Assembly: GCA_041746255.1 (NCBI GenBank)
Contig: JBGTHM010000095.1
Location: forward strand, 1 to 37,320
From: Fibrobacteria bacterium
GTDB taxonomy: Bacteria > Fibrobacterota > Fibrobacteria > UBA11236
Reading direction: 5' to 3'
DNA: 37,320 nt
Shown here: piece after piece, positions 18,673 through 28,145 of the stretch
Layout of the letters: the number at the start of each line of letters is the position of its first letter
How positions within the stretch are numbered: position 1 is the first letter of the stretch
The notes under the pieces: model-generated
Told to the model about the DNA's origin: nothing
Database searches by the model: none
The model's input: the letters and a program-made list of their open reading frames with translations, nothing else
Position numbers and translations under genes: made by a program

Positions 18673-19939
18673 ACCGGCTGAAATGGCGCCGGCTGAAGGT
18701 GTGCGGCTTGAACCCGCGCGCCTCCACCGCAAGCAGCCCCGAAGGGTTTTGCGGCGCCACCAATACCCGTCCCGGCTTCCCCGTTCCGAGCCGGCGGCTT
18801 CCCATGCCGTCGGCCTTACCGCCGGAGTGTTCGCCCTGGCCCTGGTGGCCGCCTCCAGTCTCCAGATCATGGAAATTCTGATTCCCCGTTTCCCCTTGTT
18901 CCCCTGGATGCGACTGGGATTATCCTATATCATAATCCTGCCGTTCTTGCTGCGATATGGCGGCCGGGCGGCATTCGCATTGCTGGTGGCCCGAAATCTG
19001 ATCACCCTGCTCTATGGTGGCCAGCCGTTCTCGACCTTTCTTATCGGTACGGGGGCGGGAGCCGTCGCCTTGCTATCCATCGGCCCACTGTTGCGCGCGG
19101 CATACTCCCGGGACCTGCTGGGGATAACCGGCATCAGCGTCTGTCTCGCGTCGGTTTTCAATCTTTCCCAACTCACCCTGGTCAATCTGGCTTTGATCCG
19201 GCATGCCGGATTTTTTGTGCAATTGGGTCCTATCCTCGCATGGTCCTTGTTTTCGGGCGTCTTGGTAGCTGCCTTGATCCGTCTCTCCGAAAAGGAGATT
19301 CCGGCCTTTCTCACCGTTGCGCCCAAAACCGCGTCTGCCACGCCGCAAGCCAACCCCCTCAAGGAGGGAAATGTGTGGATTTTCCTGGTTGGGTTGATGG
19401 GAATGGCGGGAATTCTCCTGGTTCCCTCGGCAAGCCTTCAGGTTACGGCACTGCTGGTGCTGGCTCTGGTTTCGCGGGACAGGGGCAAAGCACTATTGGT
19501 GGCCTGGCCTTTTCTCTTTTATCTGGCCTGGCTGCATCTTTTTCATACCTCCGGTGAGTATCTCATCGGGGACTGGGTGACGCGCGAAGGACTGCGGGAT
19601 TTCGTCTGTCATGCCGCGCGTCTTGGAAATCTCATTCTGCTGGGTCGATGGGTGTCGCGCCGGTTTCCCTGGCAATGGACGCGCCATTCGCAAAGCGGTT
19701 CAACAGGCCGGCAATCCCTCTATGTCCAAGGCTTCCTGCTGGCGCTTCCGTTGTTGCCGAATCTTTTCAAGCCAAGCCTGGAGCTGGGAAGGATTGTGGT
19801 CCGGAAATTATGGACCGGGAACCACACGGATGCCATGTCCCCGGCTTTTTCCGCTTGGCGCAATCTGCTGGAGGTTCCCGCCGCGCCCTCAGTAGAGGCA
19901 AAGACGGCCGACGTTCATTCCGACCGCAACCATTTATAG
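18656..19939 (+). CDS. Gx transporter / heptaprenyl diphosphate synthase component I family domain fused to an EcfT-like membrane domain
   Basis: LQIMEILIP..PWMRLGLS, GITGISV..SVFNLSQL; C-terminal LHLFHTSGEYL...VTREGL....ARL resembles an EcfT N-terminus. Confidence 0.7.
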   Translation: MSLLIEPAEMAPAEGVRLEPARLHRKQPRRVLRRHQYPSRLPRSEPAASHAVGLTAGVFALALVAASSLQIMEILIPRFPLFPWMRLGLSYIIILPFLLRYGGRAAFALLVARNLITLLYGGQPFSTFLIGTGAGAVALLSIGPLLRAAYSRDLLGITGISVCLASVFNLSQLTLVNLALIRHAGFFVQLGPILAWSLFSGVLVAALIRLSEKEIPAFLTVAPKTASATPQANPLKEGNVWIFLVGLMGMAGILLVPSASLQVTALLVLALVSRDRGKALLVAWPFLFYLAWLHLFHTSGEYLIGDWVTREGLRDFVCHAARLGNLILLGRWVSRRFPWQWTRHSQSGSTGRQSLYVQGFLLALPLLPNLFKPSLELGRIVVRKLWTGNHTDAMSPAFSAWRNLLEVPAAPSVEAKTADVHSDRNHL

Positions 19940-20472
19940 GCCGCGTATCCGGCCAAAGATCCCGCCAGGGAACCCGCCAAGGGCATGCCGGTAGCCAATA
20001 CCTCGCCGGTGCGCAGGCGTTTTCCCGCGCCCTGGTTTTCCGCTTCACGCGGCTTGAAGAGATCGCCGTCGGTGAGCTCGGCCGAACGATGCTGGAAATT
20101 CCCTGGATGGGCAAGACGTCATTTCCGCCGGTCCAGATCCTATTTTTGACGTTGGTTTTCTTCCTCACCGCTTTCCACAACGGCTTGTAGTACATCCGAT
20201 TTCCCCGACAATTGCCGTCGCAAGGACCGGCATTCCTCCGAGGATTTTCGGTGGGAAGAACGCATTTTCTCCAAGCGCGCATCCGTTCCGACTGTATCTG
20301 GCGAGCCCTCCTGGGCCAGGTGCCGGCGATTGATTTCCAGGATGGCGATTTCGTTGCGTTGGTGATCGGCGGCGGAGCAGACCTTCTCGGCCCGGTAGCG
20401 CAAGTGAGGGCTGACGCAGGAAAGCAGGGGGAAAATTCCCAGGATGCAGATAAGCAAGGGTCCGGCCAACAT
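19915..20472 (-). pseudogene. Lipoprotein gene with two in-frame stops (or a 110-aa lipoprotein, 20140-20472)
   Basis: MLAGPLLICILGIFPLLSC lipobox; same frame continues past TAG (20140) and TGA (20119) to ...LAGSLAGSLAGYAAYKWLRSE*. Confidence 0.5.
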
Positions 20473-20608
20473 GGTACTACTCCTTGGGTGGGACATAAAG
20501 GATAAGAAAAGCGACACGTCTCGTTTTCGAGAGTCCGGTAAAATATCGATATTACCCACAAATGACGCCCGAAGCTTAAGTCGAAGCTGAATTAGTAGGG
20601 AGGCCTTT

Positions 20609-21510
20609 ATGGTTGAAGATGGCGCGTTCACCCCGGTGGATGAGGATGAAAGACTTTCCGTACCCAGGGGATTCCGGAAAATGCTGGAAATCCCCTTCTT
20701 GGAGGCATTGCAGGGAAGACGGTCCCGCCGCTTTTTTACAGGTGCCGAAATTCCGGACGGAGTCTTCGCCTATAAATCCAAAATTCTTCCCGAGCCGCTG
20801 TCGGAACTGGAGCGCCTCCTGGTGGTGGGCGCCTGCGGTGGCGGCATCGGGTGATGGTAACGGCCCTCCCGATTAGGAGCAGGTAATCGGAGCGTTACAG
20901 GGTAACATCTGCGAATTACAACATGGACGCTTGCATATTCCTGCCGCGCCCCCGTTTATGGAGCCCCACAATACCTGGGCTGTCAACCGCCCGGGTACCC
21001 TGCTGATCATTCCCGTGGGAGACCTGGCCCATAACCTTCCTGGAACAATTGTCGCTGGCCGAGGTGAGGGCGCATCTGGACACCAGTTGTTATGGTGGTA
21101 TGCTGATGCTGCGGACCATCGGACTGGGATTCCACTTCGATAGTGGCGATCGATGACCCTATCCCAATGTCACTGGTCTGGAGGGGGTGATGGAAGCCTT
21201 CTGCCCGCCACATTATGCCACTATGCGCGAGGCGGTGGAAGCGGCGCATGTCCGCAAATTCGGCGCGGGAGGGCCGTTCCATCCGGAGACGCCCGGCCCC
21301 TGGAAAAATTCCGCCCGCGTACGCTCGGCCGCCCAGGTCCATAACGAGGAATTCAAGGAATGCGTCGCCCCGCAGGCGCAGTATGTTTTCGATACCTTCG
21401 GAAAAGTTCCGGGCAAGGTGCCTTCGATATTCGTCATGCAATAGCTCCAGGCCCATCATCTCGATTTGGAATTCTACGATAAATTCTTCGAGCCGGGCGC
21501 CTTTGCGTTC
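20609..21510 (+). pseudogene. Fragmented nitroreductase-like conserved protein
   Basis: Protein-like pieces in different frames: LEALQGRRSRRF..GAEIPDG..PLSELE; HNTWAVNRPGTLLIIPVGD; FCPPHY...KFGAGGPF; LQAHHLDLEFYDKFF; stops and deletions. Confidence 0.6.
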
Positions 21511-21516
21511 GTCGCA

Positions 21517-21669
21517 GAATCGTTTTGTAAGCTAAACGATTTTTCCCCGGCCCGTCCAATCCCTCCAAAACCGGAATGGGAAAGAGCGATACATTCTCAT
21601 ATCGAAAAATTGTTTAAATATGTTTGTATAGTAACGTCAGTAAAAAAATTAGTCATCGAATATCCATTT
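21517..21669 (+). repeat. Dispersed non-coding element, copy 1
   Basis: Aligns by eye at roughly 85% identity over 153 nt with 25280-25432. Confidence 0.9.
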
Positions 21670-21685
21670 AATTTCCGGGGGACGT

Positions 21686-22249
21686 ATGTCAAGAAAAAAT
21701 CACATCACAAGTGTGGCGATAGGGGTACTGGTCGTGTCGTTATCGCTTGGCTATTCTAAAACAATTGAAATTAAATCATCGGGGCACTCCTTTGTTCCCA
21801 AAGTAATCAACATCACTACCAAGGACAGTGTCGAATTTGTACTTGCCCGCAGTCATAATGCCGTTGAGATAAGTAAAGCAACGTATGATGCTGGAAAAAG
21901 AACTCCCTTGAGTGGAGGCTTCAAAGTGCCTTTTGGTGGTGGAACGATTGGGGGGATACCTGGGGGAACCCACTATTATACTTGCACAAATCACGCTAAC
22001 ATGAAAGGTGTGATTGTCGTGTCCAATACAACGGGTATTAAACCGGGTAATACTTATGACGACTCAAATACCCCACTTAAAATTTTGATTTTCGATGCTG
22101 CCGGGCGTTTACGGGAAGAGAAGACAACAGCTTCTGAAATATTTTCTGTTCGGGAGCTTAATAAATCAGCTCTCCAGTCGCAACCTTCTGGACCCTATTA
22201 TATGCATGGATGGACTAAAAAAGGCATGAACTCCTATTCTATTGTATAG
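21686..22249 (+). CDS. Secreted cupredoxin (plastocyanin/azurin-like) with a C-terminal sorting-like domain
   Basis: Signal peptide; FVP, HNAVE, YYTCTNHANMKG type-1 Cu ligands (H, C, H, M); tail IFDAAGR...GPYY; AT-rich. Confidence 0.85.
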   Translation: MSRKNHITSVAIGVLVVSLSLGYSKTIEIKSSGHSFVPKVINITTKDSVEFVLARSHNAVEISKATYDAGKRTPLSGGFKVPFGGGTIGGIPGGTHYYTCTNHANMKGVIVVSNTTGIKPGNTYDDSNTPLKILIFDAAGRLREEKTTASEIFSVRELNKSALQSQPSGPYYMHGWTKKGMNSYSIV

Positions 22250-22370
22250 CCTTAGTTTAGGGCCAAAAAGGATTAAAGAGTCCCTCGTTTTCCCGGGCGA
22301 CGGCTAACCGAGATTTGGAAATCAGTGGTGACAAGCTTGGGTCATCAGCATAAGTAAATCGAAGGCCTTT

Positions 22371-22577
22371 TTAAATGCCTCCGTTGAAAAACACTGCGTC
22401 GGGTCGCAGGTAACCTTGCGTTTTCCCTGCGGGAGTCGCTCCCGCGCTGTTTTTGAAAGCGGCGCTTTCGATGCGTTTGGCGATGGCGAAAATCCACAGC
22501 CCCGACAGGAAAAGGGCCACGCCCAGGAGAGTGCCGCCTCCGGCCTGTCCTAAAGCGGTGATGTTTTCGGGTTTCAT
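22371..22577 (-). CDS. Small hypothetical membrane protein or gene remnant
   Basis: MKPENITAL...LLGVALFLSGLWIFAIAKR, single TM. Confidence 0.35.
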   Translation of the reverse strand: MKPENITALGQAGGGTLLGVALFLSGLWIFAIAKRIESAAFKNSAGATPAGKTQGYLRPDAVFFNGGI

Positions 22578-22668
22578 GGGGTTATAAAAAAAATGCGGGG
22601 GCGGGGTGAAAGAGCGCAATTTGGGGCATGGCTTGCTTGGGCGGGGTCGGCCCGAAGGAAGGGAAGAG

Positions 22669-25047
22669 TCACCTGCCAACTACGGGAGTGCCGGCTTTCA
22701 GGGGTTCCACGACGGAACTGAAGGGCCTTTGCTCGGAAAACAGCCGAATCTCATTCGTGAGCGATTGCACCTCTTCGCCCAGACCCTGCTGCCGGGCCAG
22801 ATTCAGCCCGGTTTGCGCAATTCCAACCGCCTCGCGGAATTTCCCCATCTCGGAATAGGCGCGGGCCAGCGTTTTCAAAATGGAAGGCTCGCGGGAATGG
22901 GTGAGGCGATTCGCTTCTTCGGCCATCTCCACGGCCCGCTTGCGATCCAATAGCCGCGGGTCTTCGGATAGCATATAAATGCGCGCCAGGCTGACGCGGG
23001 CCCAGGCATTGTTTGGATCGATGTCAATCGAGGCCAGGTAACTTTTTTCCGCCTGCCGCCAGTCGCCCGTTCTTTCAAAGAATCCGCCCAGATTAAAGAA
23101 TGCCAAGGGGTTTTCCGGGTCAGTAACCGTGGAGCGCCGCGTCCAGGCGATGCTGGAGTCGAGGCTTTCCTGCAGCCATCCCAGCAGCATCTGAACTTCG
23201 GAGCGGAATTTCATGTCCTCGGATTCTTCCGCCAGAGCCTGGTGCATTTTCACCTTCGCCTGGGCGGGGTTATCCCGTTCGAGCAGTTCGTAGGCATCCT
23301 GCAATAGTTGCATATGGCTTACCGCCGGCACTTCGATGCGCCGCAAACTGTCGTAGGAAATATTCACGAATTCAGGCAGGTTGACGGCACGGTTGGCGGC
23401 CGTGGCGTTTTCAATCAGGATGGGAGGACTATCGTTCCCATTTTCATCCAGATGCGTCAGGAACATCTGGGTGTAAGATGAAAAACCTTTGGAGGAAAAA
23501 ACCATCCAGCGGCCATTGGGAGAAAAGCTATGCCAGGAATTCATTTCAGGAGTGTTGCAGTTCATGAGGCGGGCCTCGCCGCCCTCGATGGGAACAATAT
23601 GAAGCATGGCGTCGGGACGCAGCAATTGTCCGTTCTGGTTTTTTACAAAAACGATGAAGCGTCCATCGGGACTGACTTTGGGAAAATTATTACTCATCCC
23701 GTTATGGGACGCGCCCTCAATGGGGACGGCTTTTCCGCCCCGACCCTGGTTGAAGGGAATCTTATAAAGGTAGTACTGGATCTGGGTTTCATTGGGATCG
23801 TTCGGATACTTCGGGTCGGGCCGCCCCTCTACATATGGATCCTTGGCGGGAGCGCGCGCGAAAACGATGGATTTCCCGTCCGGGCTCCAGGTCGGATCGC
23901 AATGCACGAAAGCGGTATCGTCGGCGCCGGGCAATTTGCGAATGGCTCCGGTTTTCCTGCTGTAAACCGCCAAGACTCCCCGGGTCGGATAAAAAACCTG
24001 GATGTACTTCGTATCCAAATAGTTGTGAATGAAGACGGCCTCGTTGACGGTGGTCACCACGTATTCCCCGTCGGGAGAAACCTGCGAGGAAAATCCGATG
24101 GTCTTTTGACCCTTGGGCTTGTCCTTGAAATCATAGTTCCAGCTGAAAACGCCGGCGCGCTCGAACCGGGTTTCCGGCTCCAGTCGCGTAAGTCCATAGG
24201 AGCCCTTGTCGGCTTGGGGCCCGTCAATATCCATGCCCATGAATTTTCCGTCTTGGGAAAAGGAATGGCAATTCGCGCAGGTGGGAAGGTCTTTCAGAAC
24301 AACCTTGCTGCGCGATTCCGCCACGCTGCGCAAGCTCCATTGGATGAGCCTTTCAGCCGCGCGGGACAAGGGTTGCACACGCCCCGACTCGTTCTTGACC
24401 GGCATGATGGGAACATCGCGGTAGAAAATGGGCGCTCCCACCGAATCCCGCGAAGTCTTGAACATGACCTCCCCCCGCGAACGAGGGACGAGCGGGTTAT
24501 CGCGCCGGAAACCTTGAATGCGAACCGTCAGCCATTTTTCCCGCGACATTTCCTTGAGCGACTCCCATATCCGCGCGGGAGGCGTCCAGTTCCGGTATCG
24601 GTTCGGGTCGGGAATTTCCGCCAAGCCCTGCCGGGGGATAACCGCCGAATCGAGCATGGGTTCCGCCAGCGGAGGGCTGGCGGTCACCGTAAACAGGGAT
24701 TGCCCGCTTTCGGAAAGGCACTCCACCATCCAAAAATCAGCCTCAGCTGAAGAATCCATCCACTGAAACCGGGGAGCGGCAAAGTCCGGAGGAAAAATGC
24801 TCCGGTTTTGCGGGTAGGCGATTTCGAGGGGGGGGTGCGGGCCGGCGGAAGTAGGAGGGCGCTTCAGGCTTTCGCTCAGGGAATCCAGCCACAGCGAGGC
24901 CTGGGCTGGCGGGCGGAGATCCCGGGGAACTGGCTCTCCCTCGTACCTGCCTTCCAGGGTAGAGATGTCAGGCATGGCCGGCGCGGACTTTTTACCGCCG
25001 GAGCACCCTCCCATGAAAAGGATCCCGCCCAGGAAAAGCAGTAGCAT
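22669..25047 (-). CDS. Lipoprotein with TolB-like PD40 propeller, single CxxCH and C-terminal TPRs
   Basis: MGGC lipobox; CANCH; PTWSPDGK, PKVSPDGR, HSFSPNGRW repeats; TPRs DPENPLAFFNLG, DPNNAWARVSLA. Confidence 0.85.
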   Translation of the reverse strand: MLLLFLGGILFMGGCSGGKKSAPAMPDISTLEGRYEGEPVPRDLRPPAQASLWLDSLSESLKRPPTSAGPHPPLEIAYPQNRSIFPPDFAAPRFQWMDSSAEADFWMVECLSESGQSLFTVTASPPLAEPMLDSAVIPRQGLAEIPDPNRYRNWTPPARIWESLKEMSREKWLTVRIQGFRRDNPLVPRSRGEVMFKTSRDSVGAPIFYRDVPIMPVKNESGRVQPLSRAAERLIQWSLRSVAESRSKVVLKDLPTCANCHSFSQDGKFMGMDIDGPQADKGSYGLTRLEPETRFERAGVFSWNYDFKDKPKGQKTIGFSSQVSPDGEYVVTTVNEAVFIHNYLDTKYIQVFYPTRGVLAVYSRKTGAIRKLPGADDTAFVHCDPTWSPDGKSIVFARAPAKDPYVEGRPDPKYPNDPNETQIQYYLYKIPFNQGRGGKAVPIEGASHNGMSNNFPKVSPDGRFIVFVKNQNGQLLRPDAMLHIVPIEGGEARLMNCNTPEMNSWHSFSPNGRWMVFSSKGFSSYTQMFLTHLDENGNDSPPILIENATAANRAVNLPEFVNISYDSLRRIEVPAVSHMQLLQDAYELLERDNPAQAKVKMHQALAEESEDMKFRSEVQMLLGWLQESLDSSIAWTRRSTVTDPENPLAFFNLGGFFERTGDWRQAEKSYLASIDIDPNNAWARVSLARIYMLSEDPRLLDRKRAVEMAEEANRLTHSREPSILKTLARAYSEMGKFREAVGIAQTGLNLARQQGLGEEVQSLTNEIRLFSEQRPFSSVVEPLKAGTPVVGR

Positions 25048-25245
25048 GATTTTACCCTTCTCAATGTATCGGGAAGGGTACAGTCTCCCCAAGCCGTGGC
25101 GATCGCGGCCTTGAAGGCATAATTTGTTTTTTCCAGAATTCATGCTCTGTTATTGCCGCCAGGGCGGATTTATGCCTTTGCCACAGCCTGAATTGATGGG
25201 CAACGATAAAATACAAAATCTCCATAGCAAGGTTGGTGCAGCTTG

Positions 25246-25432
25246 CCTGCAGCGGGTGTGACGCCCCATTCTCCACATCGAATCGTTTTGTGAGCTAAAC
25301 GGTTTTTCCCCGACCCGTCCAATCCTTCCAACACCGGAATGGGAAAGAACGGTACATTTCTTATATCGAATATTTGTACAAAATGTTTGTATAGTCACGG
25401 CAGCAAATATTTTAGTTATCGAATACCCATTT
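25246..25432 (+). repeat. Dispersed non-coding element, copy 2
   Basis: 25280-25432 matches copy 1; 25246-25312 matches 37236-37302. Confidence 0.9.
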
Positions 25433-25510
25433 GAACTTATGGATTTGGGAGTGTAAAAGGCGGTTAATATTTACACAAGCGGGTGTTTTTCTGGATCACG
25501 GAGAATTGAT

Positions 25511-26614
25511 ATGCGAACCAACTTGATACGTGCAATGTTTTTAGGGTTGATGGCCGGGGCGCCCTTATGGGCTCTGGATACCCAACCCGGCGCCGACCCA
25601 GGGCCGGGAATTCCGGATTGTAAAGCGGAATCCAAGGCGGATTCCGGCTGGTTCGCCTTATTCGACGGCACCCAGGCTTCACTCGAAAAGTATTGGTTCA
25701 AGAGCAATGCCAGCCATGGAGACGGGGGCAAATGGTGGGTTGAAAACAATCTCCTCAAATCCAATCAGAATCCCGGCGGCAACGGCGGTCTCCTCTATAC
25801 GCATCGCAAATATTCCAATGTGGAAGTGAAAGTCGATATCAAGCCCGATTGGGAGAATGACGGCGGACTCTTCCTGCATTCCAACGGCAAGGGCAGTGCC
25901 TACCAAGTGGTCATCGATTATAAAAAGGGGAAAACCATAGGCGGCATTTATGGCGAGAAGATATACACTATCAATTACAAACCCTTCTTCCTGGAAAGCC
26001 CAACCCAAATCCGCATAAACTTCTGGAAGGAAAAAACTCCCTGGACCACGATTTGGGATGCGAATGGATTCAATGAAATCCACGCCAAAATCTTCGAAGG
26101 TAATCCTCCCCGCATCGTCAACTACATCAATGGCTATGAATCCGTGGACTATAAGGCTCCGCAGCAGGCGACCGAGTTGAAGAATGACGGCTATATAGGG
26201 TTGCAGATTCATGGAGGCACCAAATCCTGGGGGGGCGGGGCCAATGAGTATAAGTCCGTCAAGGTTCGTGAACTGACCAATAAGGGCGAACCTGTCATCG
26301 ACCCGGCTTGGAGCAATGCCTGCATGACTTCCACTACCCTGTCCGCAAACCAGGAAAAACCATCTTCGCACTTCCGGTCTTTTGCCGAAATTGGGAATCG
26401 CATCCGGATCACCGGTTGGGCCGAAGAAAAATATGAGCTGCAGGTTACAAATGTGACAGGCCGAATACTATACTCCACCCGGGGCCAAACCGGCGCCATC
26501 AACCATGTCGTGCCGATGGACCGGCAAGGGATGTATCTCGTCACGCTCAAGGGGCGGAACTTCCATCGTAACGCCAAGGTATTGGCAAAACACATTTCCG
26601 GCCTGGGCAACTAG
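25511..26614 (+). CDS. Secreted DUF1080 (3-keto-disaccharide hydrolase-like) protein with C-terminal sorting-like domain
   Basis: GWFALFDG, W.VEN, GGLLYT, NDGGLF, YQV, GGIY, GYIGLQIHGG, VKVREL; tail VTNVTGR...GMYLVTL. Confidence 0.88.
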   Translation: MRTNLIRAMFLGLMAGAPLWALDTQPGADPGPGIPDCKAESKADSGWFALFDGTQASLEKYWFKSNASHGDGGKWWVENNLLKSNQNPGGNGGLLYTHRKYSNVEVKVDIKPDWENDGGLFLHSNGKGSAYQVVIDYKKGKTIGGIYGEKIYTINYKPFFLESPTQIRINFWKEKTPWTTIWDANGFNEIHAKIFEGNPPRIVNYINGYESVDYKAPQQATELKNDGYIGLQIHGGTKSWGGGANEYKSVKVRELTNKGEPVIDPAWSNACMTSTTLSANQEKPSSHFRSFAEIGNRIRITGWAEEKYELQVTNVTGRILYSTRGQTGAINHVVPMDRQGMYLVTLKGRNFHRNAKVLAKHISGLGN

Positions 26615-26688
26615 GCAATCTCTTAAATTCAAAACCACAGCGCAGGAATCCCCCCGCCCAAGGCGAGGGGCTATTCCCTGAGGGACCA

Positions 26689-28143
26689 ATGCGATTGATT
26701 TCTCCATTCAACTTGTTGCTCATTTCTGCTACGGCCATGCTGGCGCATGCCCAAGAAGACGTGCGATTGAAACTCAACGGCTCCGGGTGGTTACAGTTCG
26801 GGCGCGTGATGCACAGTAGCGATACGCTGGACAGGACCTATAATTATAACGACAACTGGTTCCAGAGCTCCGGCGCCCAATTCACGGTATTGGCCGATAT
26901 CGACCAAAACTGGGAGGGAGCCATGGGTCTGGGCGGATTCCAGGTGCACAATGGACAGGGGACCGAATTCTCCGCCCTCACCACCAGCCTGGGATTTTCT
27001 CCTTTTATCACCGAAGCGCGCATCACCTATTTTCTGGACGACAAGGAAAGTTCCCCCCTGGAGCTCACTTTCGGCCTCTTTCCCTACCATTACAACCGCG
27101 ATGTCAAAAACCTCGGGCAATACCTTTTTCGCGGCCCGGTCTACCCGGGATTCCTGATATCGGAATTCGAATCCTCGTCCATTGATACCACAGTCGCAAA
27201 CATGCTGGGCATGCAAGCCCGCCACCGTATCGGCAATTTCACCCACGATCTGATTCTCCGCAGCGAAACCGAACTGCCACCCGTTTTCGACTTCTCCCTG
27301 GGATATTTGGCCCAAATCGATTTCGGTGGAATTTTGGAGTTGGGCATGGGCGTAAACTTCCATCGCCTGATGCCCATCAAAGGCGACCTGACCAATTTGC
27401 GGGACCGCGATATTTTCCCCGTCCGCAACCCGAATGCCGGGGCCGGCCCCTACGACGGCTCCTATGCCCATGTCTCCACCGATACCTCCATCATTCCGGC
27501 AGCCCAGCGCGCGACGCCGGACGACAGCCTCCAGGTAATCCGCGATACCACCTTCCTTTCCCACCAGGGCGCCAAGCTCATGGGCCGCATGGCCTTCCAT
27601 CCCGGGCGGCTGCTGGAATCGGACCTGATTGGCCCCAATGACTTCAAGCTGTACACCGAAATCGGCGTTATCGGCGTCCGTAATTACAAAGGTGTGTATC
27701 CGGATATAAAACAGCGCATACCCGTCCTATTCGGGTTCAATATTCCCACCTTCCGCCTTTTGGATGAGGCCGCGCTGGAAGTGGAATGGTATGGCGCCCC
27801 CTACCGCAACGATTATTACCGGCTGGTCAATGAAACCTCGCCGGTTCCGGTAAGCAATTCGGGCCTCGGCCGGGAAGCCGACGCTTTTGGAAGGCTGGAC
27901 GGAGACAGTACCGTGGTCTTCGGCGATCCTTTCGACGTCGAGAATATGCGCAAGGACAACTGGAAGTGGTCTCTCTATTTGGCCAAGACCTTTCAAAACC
28001 ATGTGCGTTTCAGCATGCAAGTGGCCAATGATCATTTTCGCCCCAATACCCTCGCAACCGATGCGAAATCCGCCCAATTCAATACGGCAACCACAACCTT
28101 GAAGGACTGGAATCTGATGTTCCGGCTGGGTTTTCTTTTTTGA
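26689..28143 (+). CDS. Outer-membrane protein, paralog 1 of 3
   Basis: Signal peptide; KNLGQYLFRGPVYPG, DNWKWSL, ANDHFR; C-terminal LGFLF. Confidence 0.8.
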   Translation: MRLISPFNLLLISATAMLAHAQEDVRLKLNGSGWLQFGRVMHSSDTLDRTYNYNDNWFQSSGAQFTVLADIDQNWEGAMGLGGFQVHNGQGTEFSALTTSLGFSPFITEARITYFLDDKESSPLELTFGLFPYHYNRDVKNLGQYLFRGPVYPGFLISEFESSSIDTTVANMLGMQARHRIGNFTHDLILRSETELPPVFDFSLGYLAQIDFGGILELGMGVNFHRLMPIKGDLTNLRDRDIFPVRNPNAGAGPYDGSYAHVSTDTSIIPAAQRATPDDSLQVIRDTTFLSHQGAKLMGRMAFHPGRLLESDLIGPNDFKLYTEIGVIGVRNYKGVYPDIKQRIPVLFGFNIPTFRLLDEAALEVEWYGAPYRNDYYRLVNETSPVPVSNSGLGREADAFGRLDGDSTVVFGDPFDVENMRKDNWKWSLYLAKTFQNHVRFSMQVANDHFRPNTLATDAKSAQFNTATTTLKDWNLMFRLGFLF

Positions 28144-28145
28144 TT

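Noticed and set aside
25288..25295. TTGTGAGC resemblance to a lac operator half-site
   Set aside because: Only 8 bp and different symmetry; not vector sequence
21517..25432. Repeats as a CRISPR array or integron attC sites
   Set aside because: Too long and kilobases apart; no cas or integrase gene; no RYYYAAC/GTTRRRY-bounded hairpin evident
26644..26678. GC hairpin after the DUF1080 gene as a terminator
   Set aside because: Imperfect, has no U-tract and abuts the next RBS; function unsupported
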